This document shows positions 37,457 to 64,000 of a stretch of DNA of 64,000 bases, one piece after another (position 1 is the stretch's first letter; the number at the start of each line of letters is the position of its first letter). The notes below the pieces were generated by a model. The model worked only from the letters and a program-made list of their open reading frames with translations. It made no database searches and was not told the DNA's origin. The position numbers and the translations under genes are program-made. Location: contig CM035353.1 in the NCBI GenBank assembly GCA_020137815.1, forward strand, positions 124,001 to 188,000. The letters are read 5' to 3'. The stretch is from Hormiphora californensis. Its lineage: Eukaryota > Animalia > Ctenophora.

Positions 37457-40357
37457 ATCTCTCTCTTTCTCTATCTCTCTCTACCTATCTATCTTTCTCT
37501 ATCTTTCTCTATCTCTATCTCTCAATTTTCTCATAACACACTTTAGTGTTTCTCTTGCTCTATGTTATGGTATTTTGACTGAAGGTTGATGCAAAGTCTT
37601 TACATTTTCATGACATAATACGTTATGTTAAACACAATATGATCACTCGAACATGTTCAAAATAAGTACTGGTCACTGGATACGCCAGAAGCAATCCCTT
37701 TGTAAAACTAACATGTCTATAAAATGGCTAAATGTAGTATATTATCAAAACGGGAATATGTTGTTGTGTGTGGGTACCCCTTACTTAGTATCCATATTCC
37801 TTGTTGGGTCTCAACAAGGAATATGGATACTAAACAACCTAACAAATATTATAAACGAAGACAGCAAATAGCGCTTATTATTCATTACAATTTACAATAT
37901 TTGAAATTAGAAATTCTCTGAAAGCAAACCACAAATGTATGTGATACAGTGAAGCCACTTTTAGTTGAGACTGACTGGAGTTTTATAAAAAATTACAAAC
38001 AACAATTCTGTTACAATAGCGTAATCTAGTAATTTTTTCAAAATTTTATAAAACTGGATGTTTGACAGTCGTAATTAATGGTTTTAATTAATGACTGCAT
38101 TATAACTGCGGTTTGTTATTCCATTCAGCCGGCCTCTCTTAATTTTACTTATATATATTACATATATTTTCTCTCTCCCTTACAATATACTACTTCCCTT
38201 GGCCTTTTCTCCCTTTCAAAGAACTTGTAGATTGTATGAGTACCTACTTTACAAATAGTTATATGTGCTCCAAGTTAAATAATCAAAGACGTGCTCAAAT
38301 ATTCCCAAACATCCATGTGCCTCTCCTTCCCTATGTTGGCTTGTTATGTTCTAACCCGGGGCGCGAAATAGAGTCTAGCTAGACAAATGTTGGCACCAGC
38401 GCAGCAATTAAGAATTGTTGTGGTGTGTGGAGGAGAGGAAACTGGCATATATTGTGGGTGGCTATATCGGGCAGGCAATTGCATGGAACAGTTGTTCACT
38501 AATTCTCCCATTGTAACAAAACATGTACGTCGTATTTAGTTGGATTCAATTAAATCTGGTGGAGTATATTACCCGGGTACTTTTTATATAAGTTATGGCA
38601 GTTAAGATCAGTATCACTGATCAGCACGGTGTGACAGTATTATTTCTTTGCAGTTAAATCTCGCAATGTACAGGACCTCAACTTACCGGACCTGACCGAG
38701 TTACCGGACCTCAACTTACCGGACCTACCGATCATTTTCCCCTGAAATATTTGGGGTAACTGAAATAATTAACGAAGTTTATTTCATCAAACCTCGACCG
38801 TAATTTGGATCCATTGCAACCTATTCTCGCTCCGCGAGATAATATGTGAGATCGATCGACGAAAGACGCTAAATGGGTTCAAAGTACTGGGTCACCTGTG
38901 ACCCAATCGTCTAGATGATATCAGTTTTATGGGGAACGTAGCTGCCTGAGCTACATCTCGATCCATCACAACCCCTAGATAATATCAGTTCTGAAGACCT
39001 ATAGATAAATACCAAATATATTTATCTTCCTTATAGGCAAGCTGCAGGTCGAGCAGCTGCATTTTAATGAAAGTTCCGTTAAATATAAAGTATTTATATC
39101 CCCTTTTATCGAAATCAATTAAAATGAAATCCCAGTAGAACTTGGAGCTCCAACAAGATCGCCTGATGATTGGTTTCCCGTCAGGGATTCCATGAAACAT
39201 GTGTTGCGTCCTAAATACTTAATACAGCTGTATTATTTCGTTAAAATGAAATCCCCGAAGTTCAATACCGGATTGTTGGAGGTATATATAAGAGGCAGAT
39301 CACACCAAATGGAATTTAGCACACGGAATGATCCCAGCAGAGTATATGGCAATTTGCGGGAGTCGCACTATAGACACAGTACCCACGTACTATAGACGCA
39401 TTATAGACGCATTATAAACTTGATCAGTTATAATGGTTTGTTTGTTAGGTTGTTAGTGTGTGAGAGAAGAAGCTGAAAAATCGCTATTTTGATACAAACA
39501 TACCCGAGTGCTTATAGTTAACATACCATGTTAATTTGAATAATTTGGACAATTTGAATCTTGTTACTTTTATAATTTGGTCCCTTAGAATTATATTTTA
39601 GTTGCTTGCTGAGAGCTGAACAAAGGAATCCATTACGAAGAGAGAAAGTAATAACAACAGCCAACCGGAGATAAGATCACTGGACTAAGGAGAACATGAA
39701 CTACCTACGCCAGGGCGCCTCATCCAATCACGATCAGACGAGTTGGGAGAACGAGAGACCGCCACGTAGAGGTGCTCGGATCATTTGGTGACATAGACAC
39801 CTGGCGCGACCGAGATTGAGCTCACACATGCAGGTGCCCGCTCCGCCCCAAAAATGGTCGTTTCTGTCAAGGGATGTTGCACGCGATCCACTGGACCGAT
39901 TTGCATCCGGTTTGTCGCAAACGACTACAATCCTGCTTAATATATAGCACGTTATATAATACAGTGTGTCACGTGACTTAACATTACGCACTCTCTGGTC
40001 TGAGAGGTCCTTTTTACAACAATATACTTTGTCAAAGAATCCATTTGACTCAAATTTGAGCCATAAATTCATAAAGTCCATTCTTGTAAAAAAGGTACTT
40101 CTTTGAATATGCATCTTGATCATCGAGTGACTTTACATATTCCCTACCTGTGTGGTCGCTAGCACCATGGTATGCCATATTGTTATCTCGTCTGCTTGTT
40201 CTTGTGACGAGCGGCCTTCTATACCTTCTGAGACGGGTCATTCAAAAAGGACGTATGGTATAACATGGGTAGGGGGAGGGGTATCTGCAATTTCGGACAT
40301 CTCTGTCAGGGGAGGGGGTTTCTTTCGCGGGTTTGAACAAAACAAGCTGGGAGAGTT

Positions 40358-40550
40358 GGGGTCAGGACACACCAACAACGTAAAAATCAAAATTAAAATT
40401 TTGATTTTAACGACGCACACACCATCGGCCGTTAAAATTTCTCTCCCCCATTCTAAGTAACGATCTCGTGCGACATCGTTTATACCGATGGTGTGTGCGG
40501 CGTTAAAATCAAAGTTGTACTTTTGATTTTAACGTTGGTGTGTGCTGACC
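40358..40550. mobile_element. Diverged copy of the 2909-3186 MITE family
   Basis: Shares AAAATTAAAATTTTGATTTTAA..CGCACACACCA.CGGCCGTTAAAATTTCTCTCCCCATTCTAA and the inverted end. Confidence 0.75.
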
Positions 40551-40569
40551 AGCTTGGTTCTCTTGCCAC

Positions 40570-40800
40570 CTTGTGTGAAATCGATCTCGGTCGTGCACGA
40601 CACATCTATTCTAGCTTGTGTGAGATCGATCTCGGTCGTGCACGACACACCTATTCTAGCTTGTGTGAGATCGATCTCAGTCGTGCACGACAGTCGACAC
40701 ACCTATTCTAGCTTGTGTGAGATCGATCTCAGTCGTGCACGACAGTCGACACACCTATTCTAGCTTGTGTGAGATCAATCTCGGTCGTGCACGACTTCGA
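40570..40800. repeat. Minisatellite, 43-51 bp unit (CTATTCTAGCTTGTGTGAGATCGATCTCGGTCGTGCACGAC), 5 copies
   Basis: Direct tandem copies, with an inverted copy of the core at ~39807. Confidence 0.85.
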
Positions 40801-40887
40801 TCTCTCACATGATGTGTCCATATGTCACCAAGGGGAAGGGGGGTTGATGAAAATGGGTTGAATTCGAGTGCAGTCGTGGCTTTAATC

Positions 40888-42230
40888 CTTATTATAAAGT
40901 ACAAATGAACGTCGTGAGGAGTAGTGATGTAGTATCCACACGTGCAAATGGTGGGGGGTTGCCAAGGAGGTGGCTTAAGCCAGGAGGTTTTGGGGATACT
41001 GCACGTGCATGTTGTTGGTTGTTTGTTGCGTGTTGCTGTGGTGTTTCGTGGTGTTTTGGGATCTACCGCCATGATTGCCAAAGCCTTTCTACCTACGTAC
41101 CCCGTTGATTCTCTACACAGCTACAATTCTACGGATCTTTACCACCTGATTCTACATGTTATTCAGCGGGATTTCCCTTGATGTTTATCACCGGCGCTCT
41201 ACCACTACCAACCTCCGTATTCTTTACCACGACATGGAGAGACGAAGAGTGAGAGGGGGGGGGCATAGAGACGGGTGGGGGGGGCTGTTGTAGTACTTCA
41301 ATGGGCTTTCTAGTCTATATTATAAAGTACAAATGAACGTCGTGAAGGTGATGATGTAGTATCCACACGTGCAAATAGTGGGGGGTTGCCAAGGAGGTGC
41401 TCTGAGAGGGGTATTGGAGGTAGTGGGGGGATACTGCACGTGCATGTTTCCTGTGGTTTTCCTGTGGTGTTTTGGGATCTACTGCTGGGGCCCCCATGAT
41501 TGCTAAAGCCTTTCTACCTACGTACCCCGTTGATTCTCTACACAGCTAAAATTCTACGGATCTTTATCACCTGATTCTACATCTTATTCAGCGGGATTTC
41601 TCTTGATGTTTATCACCAGCGCTCTACCACTATAATACCAACCTCCGTATTCTTTACCCCGACATGGAGAGACGAAGAGTGAGAGGGGGAGATCGGGACA
41701 TAGAGATGGGTGGGGGGGGGGGGTGTTGTAGGACTTAACAATGGGCTTTCTAGTCTCTATTATAATAAGCAAATGCGTGGCGTGATGATGATGGAGTATC
41801 CTAGCTTGCAACACTAGCGTGCAACAATTTGCCCCATTTGCCCGTGCAAATCAAGGGGTTGTTATGGTTGGTGGGCAAGGGTTTGAATACTGCACGTGCA
41901 TGTTGTTGGTTGTTTGTTGTGTGTTTCTGCGGTGTTTTGGGATCTACTGTTGCTGCCCCGATGAATGCCAAAGCCTTTCTACCTACATACCCCGTTGATT
42001 ACTCTACACAGCTACAATTCTACGGATGTTTATCACCTAATTCGACACGTTTCAAGCCGACCTCTTCTGATCACCCTTGATGTTCAGAGAGAGAGAGAAA
42101 AGACAGAGAGAGAGAGAGAGATGGAGGGAGGGAAAAATAGAGATAGAGAAAGATAGATAGATATCAACGGGGTTCACCCAACGGGGTTCACCCAACAGGG
42201 TCAAACCAACGGGCTTTCTAGTTCACTTAT
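40888..42230. repeat. Three diverged direct repeats of ~430-470 bp
   Basis: ATACTGCACGTGCATG...TTTTGGGATCTAC...AAAGCCTTTCTACCTAC.TACCCCGTTGATT recurs at ~40996, ~41431 and ~41887. GGGCTTTCTAGT closes each unit. Confidence 0.85.
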
Positions 42231-42372
42231 AATTTGCAGTTAATACGTGTCTCCAACAAAATGTACTATGAACGTTTGTAGCAATTGGCGTGTTATATAA
42301 CAGTTGGCTGTTCCCAGCGCGAGCGACACTCAATTGCAAATCATAGTTTAATAATTTCCTCCCCCAAGTATC

Positions 42373-43323
42373 ATGGCACTTCTACTTTATGTTTTACTCA
42401 TGATCCCGGCCTCTCCCACATCTGACTTTGTGGGAGGCGTGGCCCCGCGGATAGAGCCCTACAGCATCCTTCTCAATGTCACATCTAACTACTGTGTTCT
42501 GACATGCCTCGCAGATCTTTGTCAGGGTGTTTGGTATTCTCGATCTCGCAGTCTCTCAACCTGTAACTTGTACCATGATACCAGGGTGGAGTACACCACC
42601 AAGTGGGACCAGTGGGTGTATCTAACTAGAGACTGCATGGTCTTAACAAGCCAGGATACACCCCCTGCAGTTCCACTAGGGGTTAGTTCCCATGGTTACC
42701 TTTACGATAACGCGACAAAAAAGTACCTCCGTATGATACAGGGTTCCACTATGTGGTCTACTGAACCGGAGATATGGGAAGTTATTTCCACACCGAGAGG
42801 AAAGATTAAACTACGAATCGGGGAACACTGTTTGTATGCTACCGGTAAGACATTAAACACGCTTGATTGTGATTCACACCTGGTAGAACTGAATCCTGAA
42901 CGCCGCATACCATGGTCCGATCTCATTACCTTCAACACCCACGACCAAAACGTGGGAATTTGCTGCAGGACTGCCCACTTGATTTCAGAGGTTGCCCATG
43001 GTAACGTTGCTAAAAATAGACGGATACCAATGATTCGTGTCGGAGGGGAATTGACAGTTGTGTGTCATCGTGGTTATCTCACTGCGGAGAAGGAGAATAG
43101 TTACCAAGCTGTCTGCCAGGAGAATCATACCTTCCAAAGACTTGGTGACTGTGCAGGTATAAAGAAGGAGAGTGATGTGAACGATATAAAGGAGAGTGAA
43201 GTGATGAACGAGACAAAGAAGGGGATGGGAAACATGCCGCCTTCTCATAAACTGATGCTCATGGCTGCTGTTTTAGTTGGACTAGTTGTGATTGTACTTG
43301 GAGCAAGAGTCCGCACAGAGTAA
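42373..43323 (+). CDS. Intronless type-I membrane protein (signal peptide, PAN/Apple-like, ricin-like and Sushi-like Cys modules, C-terminal TM), 316 aa
   Basis: ATG-started 951-bp ORF with non-repetitive composition. Hydrophobic N-terminus, CVLTCLADLC...CNLY, LTVVCHRGY...AVC...GDC, and TM LMLMAAVLVGLVVIVLG. Domain names were assigned by Cys pattern only. Confidence 0.75.
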   Translation: MALLLYVLLMIPASPTSDFVGGVAPRIEPYSILLNVTSNYCVLTCLADLCQGVWYSRSRSLSTCNLYHDTRVEYTTKWDQWVYLTRDCMVLTSQDTPPAVPLGVSSHGYLYDNATKKYLRMIQGSTMWSTEPEIWEVISTPRGKIKLRIGEHCLYATGKTLNTLDCDSHLVELNPERRIPWSDLITFNTHDQNVGICCRTAHLISEVAHGNVAKNRRIPMIRVGGELTVVCHRGYLTAEKENSYQAVCQENHTFQRLGDCAGIKKESDVNDIKESEVMNETKKGMGNMPPSHKLMLMAAVLVGLVVIVLGARVRTE

Positions 43324-43560
43324 ACATGGTAACCATGATGGTGACATGATAACCATGGTAACGCATTCAGAACGAATTTAATTGAATTTTAAGAAAACTT
43401 ACAAATGATGATGAATGGCTTTACAAGCATTTTTCAAATATAGTTTATCATTTTATACACCTTTAAAAACATTGCACTCCACTGAAAAAAACAACAATAC
43501 AACTCCTATCTGTTTCCTACGCACATCATCTTCTGACATCCTCTACAATACAAATCATCT

Positions 43561-45836
43561 TTATTTACATCCCTTGTGAACGAAATCTCCGTTCTCCAGA
43601 ATGATAATTTCATCGTGCTCCTCCTCCTTGAATGGCTGACCTGCACGTACAAATATTGTGGATTATAATCTATCTAGATCATCTAGCAGCTACTGAGCAG
43701 CTACTGAGCTGCAGAGAGACAATTATGGGGGGGGGGCAGTCGTGCCTGAATCTCAGGTTCAGGTAACGGCTATTTACCCCTGATACCTGAGATCTCAGTG
43801 GCCAGGGCTACTCTTGGCTATTCCCTGAAAGTTTCCCTGAAATAGCCGTCACTGACCCCTGCAAGATCTTGCAGGGGTCAGGGTAACTCGGTACTATAAT
43901 GTCCTACGATCCGTATGGCGGGAGACACACTGAAGTTGGGCGCACTCGTTCAAATCTCAACCTCGCGACACACACTGAAGTTCGAAGTTCGAAGTTTCGA
44001 GAAAACCAATTTTCGGCTGAGAAATCATTTGTAAGAGTCTAACTTATTTACTGGTACATCTCTCGAGGTGTCCTTTATCCATACTGAGTCAATTTCACGG
44101 TTTTTGAAATTTTTGGCCAATCCGGTCACTGCAGTTGTCGGTAGGCGGTAAATGTTAACCAGATCTGAGAGAAAACGTACGTGCAAAACCACGTTTTTGT
44201 CCATAACTCAGTCATTTCTTGACCAATTTGCAAAATCTTGGGCGCGTTGGAAAGAGGACATTGAGCTCTTTCAAATGAGCCCAATAAAACTAAAATCGGC
44301 GCAAAATGCGCGGCGTCATGGCGCAAAACGCGCGTTTTCGCCACCACGCCGCGCAATTTGCGCCAATTTTAATTTTCTTCAGCTCATTTGAGAGATCTCA
44401 ATGTCCTCTTTCCAATGAGCCAAAGATTTTGCAAATTGGTCAAGAAATGGCTGAGTTATGGGGAAAAACGTGCGAAATTCTCACAGATCTGGTTAACATT
44501 TACCGCCTACCGCAGTTGTCCGGGTCCCAATTCACCAAAATTTTTAAAAACGGTGAAATTGACCCGGTATTGATAAAGGACACCTCGAGAGATGTACCAG
44601 TAAATAAACTAGCATCTTACAAATGATTTCTCAGCCAAAAATGGGTTTTCGCGAAACTTTGAACTTTTCCGCGAAACTTCGAACTTCAGTGTGTGTCGCG
44701 AGGTTGAGAGTTGAACGCGCGCGACCAACTTCAGTGTGTCTTCCCCCCATCAGGAACCGACCAACACAAGTAAACAACCAATCAGAACTAGTGATTTAGG
44801 TCACGTGACTGGTTATCAGCCAATCAGGGACCAGTATTTCCTGATCCGAATCACCTACCGCACTTCTTGCAGTTGACACAGGTGTAATGGTAGTGAACAT
44901 CCTTGTAGATGAGCCTGTTTCCAATTATCGGCTCCCCGCACACTCCACACTTTGCAACAAAGTTCTTGGTCTGGCATCGGTGGCAGACTGGTCGGTCTAA
45001 TGGGAGAGAGGTGTTTCATTATAGGTAGTGGCAGACTGGTCGGTCTAGCAGATATATGGGAGTGAGGTGTGTGTCGTTATAGTGGCAGACTGGTCGGTCT
45101 AATGGGAGAGAGGTGTGTCATTATAGGTAGTGGCACACCGGTCGGTCTAATGGGAGAGAGGTGTGCCATTATAGGTCGGTCTAATGGGAGAGAGATGTTT
45201 GTCATTATAGGTCGGTCTAATGGGAGAGAGATGTTTGTCATTATAGGTCGGTCTAATGGGAGAGAGATGTTTGTCATTATAGGTAGTGGCAGACTGGACG
45301 GTCTAATGGGAGAGAGGTGTTTCATTATAGGTAGTGGCAGACTGGTCGGTCTAATGGGAGAGAGGTGTTTCATTATAGGTAGTGGCAGACTGGTCGGTCT
45401 AGCAGATATATGGGAGAGGTGGGAGTGTCATTATAGCTGTAGTTTCTGGTTTGGCAATTAGAATAAGAAGAACATTTGGTGTTCAAACAATTCACAATTG
45501 TTAATTAAAGTAACCTTACCATTTTTCACGTAGAAGGTCTCCTTGGCATCCACGACCCTGCTACAGACTCCACAAGTGAAGCAATCCTGGTGCCAAAAGT
45601 GGTCAAGACCTATGACCCAGTGGTTGGCAATGGTCTCATTGCAGGCGTGACAAATCCTGAAATTAGTTGTTTGATAATTAACAAATAACACGACAAATTC
45701 TTTCATAAAAGATCGACAATGATCCAGCTCGATGCTGAATGCTCATATTTAGTCCACGATCGTCGATCATAACCATGAAAACAAAAAATGTTTTCTTCAA
45801 GTATAATGATTTTACTCACTTCGGTCCTTCAGACAT
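43561..45836 (-). CDS. Small two-LIM-domain-only protein (123 aa); exons 45836-45820, 45656-45520, 44996-44859, 43640-43561
   Basis: CHAC...WHQDCFTCGVC...VCHRC and CGVC...YHYTCVNCKKC...VHKGC LIM patterns. GT-AG junctions are phase-consistent. Confidence 0.9.
43915..44750. mobile_element. Foldback MITE with ~400-bp inverted arms in LIM intron 3
   Basis: GACACACTGAAGTTGG...CAACCTCGCGACACACACTGAAGTTCGAAG mirrored at 44675-44742. Mirror ORFs 44126- and 44306+. Confidence 0.88.
44751..44848. repeat. Short dispersed repeat (CAGGAACCGACC...AAACAACCAATCAGAAC...TAGGTCACGTGACTGGTTATCAGCCAATCAGGGACCAGTATTTCCTG)
   Basis: Recognised from recall as an abundant Pleurobrachia-type repeat. Only one copy in this window, and not verified by search. 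Confidence 0.55.
44980..45420 (-). repeat. Minisatellite, 36-48 bp unit, ~10 copies; the unit is the LIM exon-3 splice acceptor region
   Basis: Minus-strand unit ...CACCTCTCTCCCATTAG|ACCGACCAGTCTGCCAC. The last copy runs into the exon (DRPVCHRC). Confidence 0.9.
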
Positions 45837-47039
45837 AGCTGTGTACAGAAATGCTAAACAAAGGGAATACGAGAATCGAGTGACAACGATATATCTGCTA
45901 GGCTAGGCCGGGGTATTTTTCTCTATTTCTATCTAGTATCTATCTCTCTCGACTCGATGAAAGATTCTATCGTCACTTCAAGAAGTAAGATCTGAGAAAC
46001 GGAAAACTGAGGCCAGGTAAAAAACTCCAACCGGGCACTACCTATAAACTGTCCCGGAATTTCTATATAAGAAAGGTTGGATATTTTTATAATTGGCGGA
46101 TAAAGGTCAAGCAAACAATTGCAATTTCGGGATAAAGTTTCTATGTCATCCGCGTATGTCACACTAAATCCTCAGTCATTCACACACGCCTTGACGTACG
46201 ATGAAATCTTACAAAGTACAACGTGACATTGTCATATTATGACAAATCTGATCATGGTTTGGTAATGAAGTCAACAGGCCGCATGATCGTGGCCACGATT
46301 TAGCGGAAACAGTTTGAAAACAATGTGTTGCCCTACAAATTGTGACAATTTCTCCCAGCGTATGTTGCCTGTATTTATACCTTTTATTTCTCTTGTGGCG
46401 TGGCTGGGGCCGGGCTTGTTTCTCTCTCACATATAATTAATAATTCTTCCCCGCCCAAATTAGCTCGTGGCAAATAAAACTCTTTTCTTCCCTTTCCAGT
46501 TTCCGGTCTTGGGCCGAGAAACAAAAAAGTGAGATAAAAATAAAAACGTATGGGAGACAAAGGGGCATGATTTGTGGTGGAACTATTATACGTCAGAGGG
46601 ACATGTTACGTTGTACAGTGTAAGAGCTGTGTTTCACTTTCGAGTTCCGCCGTGAGGAAACTTCGCTAAATTAGCATCGACCACCGCTGGCAACCGCTGC
46701 GGCAGTGATCTGTTTTATGTAATTCGCTTCACGTCTACACGGGCGCTTGTAGTGGAGAAACGATGTCCGAACACCGTTTCTTCACGGCAAGCGACAATAC
46801 TGAAACTTGGATGGTGAAATAGAATTTGATAAAAGGAAAACAAGAAATTAGTCGAGTAAAAATGATTATAATACTTCCGTCTGCCTGACTGCTTTTCAGA
46901 AAATATATTTTGAACACTAGATCAAAAACTCTTTATCTAAAAACAAGGAATCATTTGAATTTTTCAGATTTCGTTTTAAAATCCCACTGGTTAATCAGTA
47001 CACCCAGAATTAATTAACTCACTATAATTTATGCCAGTT

Positions 47040-48252
47040 TTAATAAACATAATTATACTCGTCATCATCTTCATACCATCCCTCTTCCTCATCCCCCTGA
47101 TCATCCCCAAAGTCCCTCACAACGATATCATCGACAGTGACGACATCGTATGTTTTACCAGCATGACGGAAGAGCACCCTCTGATTGTCACCTTCTGCAG
47201 CTGTAGAGGTCTCTGATACATGGTAGGCGGGTTTATTTCTGGGTGCAGCAAGGGGCTTCACAACCTGGGAGAGAGACCACGGGGCGGGTTTGGTAGACTT
47301 AACAGGTTTTTCAACAGGAGACTGGAACAAGAAGAATGGGAGGGGGGACTCCTTGATCTGATCTGCAGAATGTTTCTCATCCTCTTGATCCCACTCAGAG
47401 CAATGATAGTAAACCTGAGGCAGGGGCTCACCACAGTACTCTTTCATAACATCTTCCTGGGGTCCGTTGAGAAGGTAGTCAAACTTTCCATTCATAAGAT
47501 CATCCAAGACTGGGCTGTTTTTCAAGTACCCTAGTGCGGAGAAGGAGATAAATAGTAGATAAATTGAGGGTCACAATTCAAAATTGTAAAATTTAGTCGA
47601 CTGCAGTACTACAGTCTGTAGAATTAATGACATCTTATTAATTTGGTTGAATCTAAACTAAATTACCTTTTTTGAGGAGGCGATCAAACTGGTTTTTGAT
47701 ATCATCCATCTTGTTCTCCTTCTTCCTTTTCACTCTGTTCACCTGCTCCTCCACAACACTCTCATTAACCTCTTCAGTCTCCTCCTCTCCCACGGGGGGT
47801 TTAACAGAACTAGAGAAATATCTAAACTGGGGCTCCAGCTCGACCCAAGTATCCTGAGGTTCAGTCATCCAGGAAGTTGTGTCCTCCTCGCCATCGAAAT
47901 AGAGGGACGCGGTTTCCTCCTCTTCCTCCTCACCTGACACGTATCTCAGGTCCTCCATCTCGTACATGGGTCCCTCCCAGGTCCACCGGCCAGTCTCAGA
48001 GTTAAACCTCATTTCTCCCTCACCACTCACCTCCTTGTCCCAGTTAACCTCCTCCTCTACATCTCCATCCATCATGTCATGCTCCCACTCGTTACAGGGT
48101 CTCTCCCGACCGGTCTGAGTGTCGTAGTAAACACAATCTGTGTCGTAACCGTAGTCAATGGTGGCGTGGTAGTATTGTGGTTCCTGTTCTGATACTAGTT
48201 CTGTGTGCGCCAGGAACTGACAGACAGCTAACACGATAGCTTTGGACATCAT
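47040..48252 (-). CDS. Acidic, Trp/Tyr-rich putatively secreted orphan protein (~358 aa); exons 48252-47667, 47530-47040
   Basis: Two long ORFs join in phase 1 across AAG|GTAATT...CTAG|GG. Hydrophobic N-terminus MMSKAIVLAVCQFLAHT. No recognisable domain. Confidence 0.75.
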
Positions 48253-49000
48253 TGTAGTAGAACAAGTTCCTCAAGTGCTCAAGATATCTGGCAAAGAGGA
48301 AATGAGGGCTAAGGGTGCAAGCTGGTGGTGAAGAGCTGGCGGTGATTTAAGGGGTGTGATAATTTCCAGTTGTTTGCATGCTGAGTTAGCATATTGTGCA
48401 CCACTAGCTCCAAAATTAGAACTGGCAGGAGTTCTAACGAGCTACCACTCTTGGCAATGTTGGTTTTTGGATTAAACCCAGCAACAACAAACTTAGTGGG
48501 TTTACAAAATTCTGAATTATTTAGAGAATACCTATTATGTGTTCTGGAAGAAATATGTATAAATAATGGGAGACCGGAAAGTGGGGGAACCGGAACAGGA
48601 ATATGTAAACCCTGATCATGTCCGAATTCCGATGCAACTGCATCGATTCCCGAGTTCGCCAGGGGCGCCGGACGCGCCCGCCGAACGTTCCGACTCTAGA
48701 GTGACGCGCGCGATCGACCGCGCATTTATAAGAACGCGCAATAAGTTGGGTGCGCGGCGGCTTCATGAGTCCAAATTTAAGATTTTTCTCGGCCTGCTGT
48801 CTTCGCTTAAATTTTTCCAAGATGGCCGTTTTTGCACTTTTAAATTTCCGTTTCGATAAACGCGCGACTTAATTCGATCAGTGTTTAAAGAACAGAGATT
48901 AGATTTACGCTCAAGAATCAGAAATTGTGGTTCGCAATGATAAAATCTCTCTCGAAAAGTTTAGATACATCTCAATGAACCAACTTTAAAGGAGGATTTC

Positions 49001-63832
<14,832 letters not shown>

Positions 63833-64000
63833 TAAGTTTGGTATCCAAGACACCTCACACTCAGGCCGCTTCGGCAAGGGAGGGGTAACTTCGTTACCAA
63901 CAAGTAAGTGGGCCGTTATTATTTGACGGCCGTTCTCCCCGGAAGTGCCAGCTGCGATACTGCTACTGCAGTTTTAACTTGTTGAGTATTTCTACTTGTT

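Overview
Eukaryotic, intron-rich animal genomic DNA, most likely a cydippid ctenophore (Pleurobrachia/Hormiphora-like). That assignment rests on recall of a ctenophore spliced-leader-like 38-mer, a ctenophore-type domain and a characteristic dispersed repeat, and no search was run. Genes reconstructed by hand from GT-AG junctions and reading frame: a LicD-family nucleotidyltransferase, FoxJ2/3 (minus strand, 8 exons over 12 kb), a secreted ctenophore-type-domain plus Sushi protein, an intact 11-exon clan-46-like cytochrome P450 with a non-canonical I-helix, a PTPMT1-like probable pseudophosphatase, an intronless PAN/Sushi/TM protein, a two-LIM-only protein, an acidic secreted orphan, and a long coiled-coil gene that runs off the window end and carries an antisense intronic tRNA-His. 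Introns and intergenic DNA are dense with MITEs and foldback elements (some nested), LINE fragments (CRE, L2, CR1-group), satellites and GA/CT microsatellites. The most striking pattern is that several intronic tandem arrays are amplified copies of the real 3' splice site, with the functional exon following the last copy. Several stretches look like low-quality consensus, so isolated frameshifts and stops may be sequencing errors.
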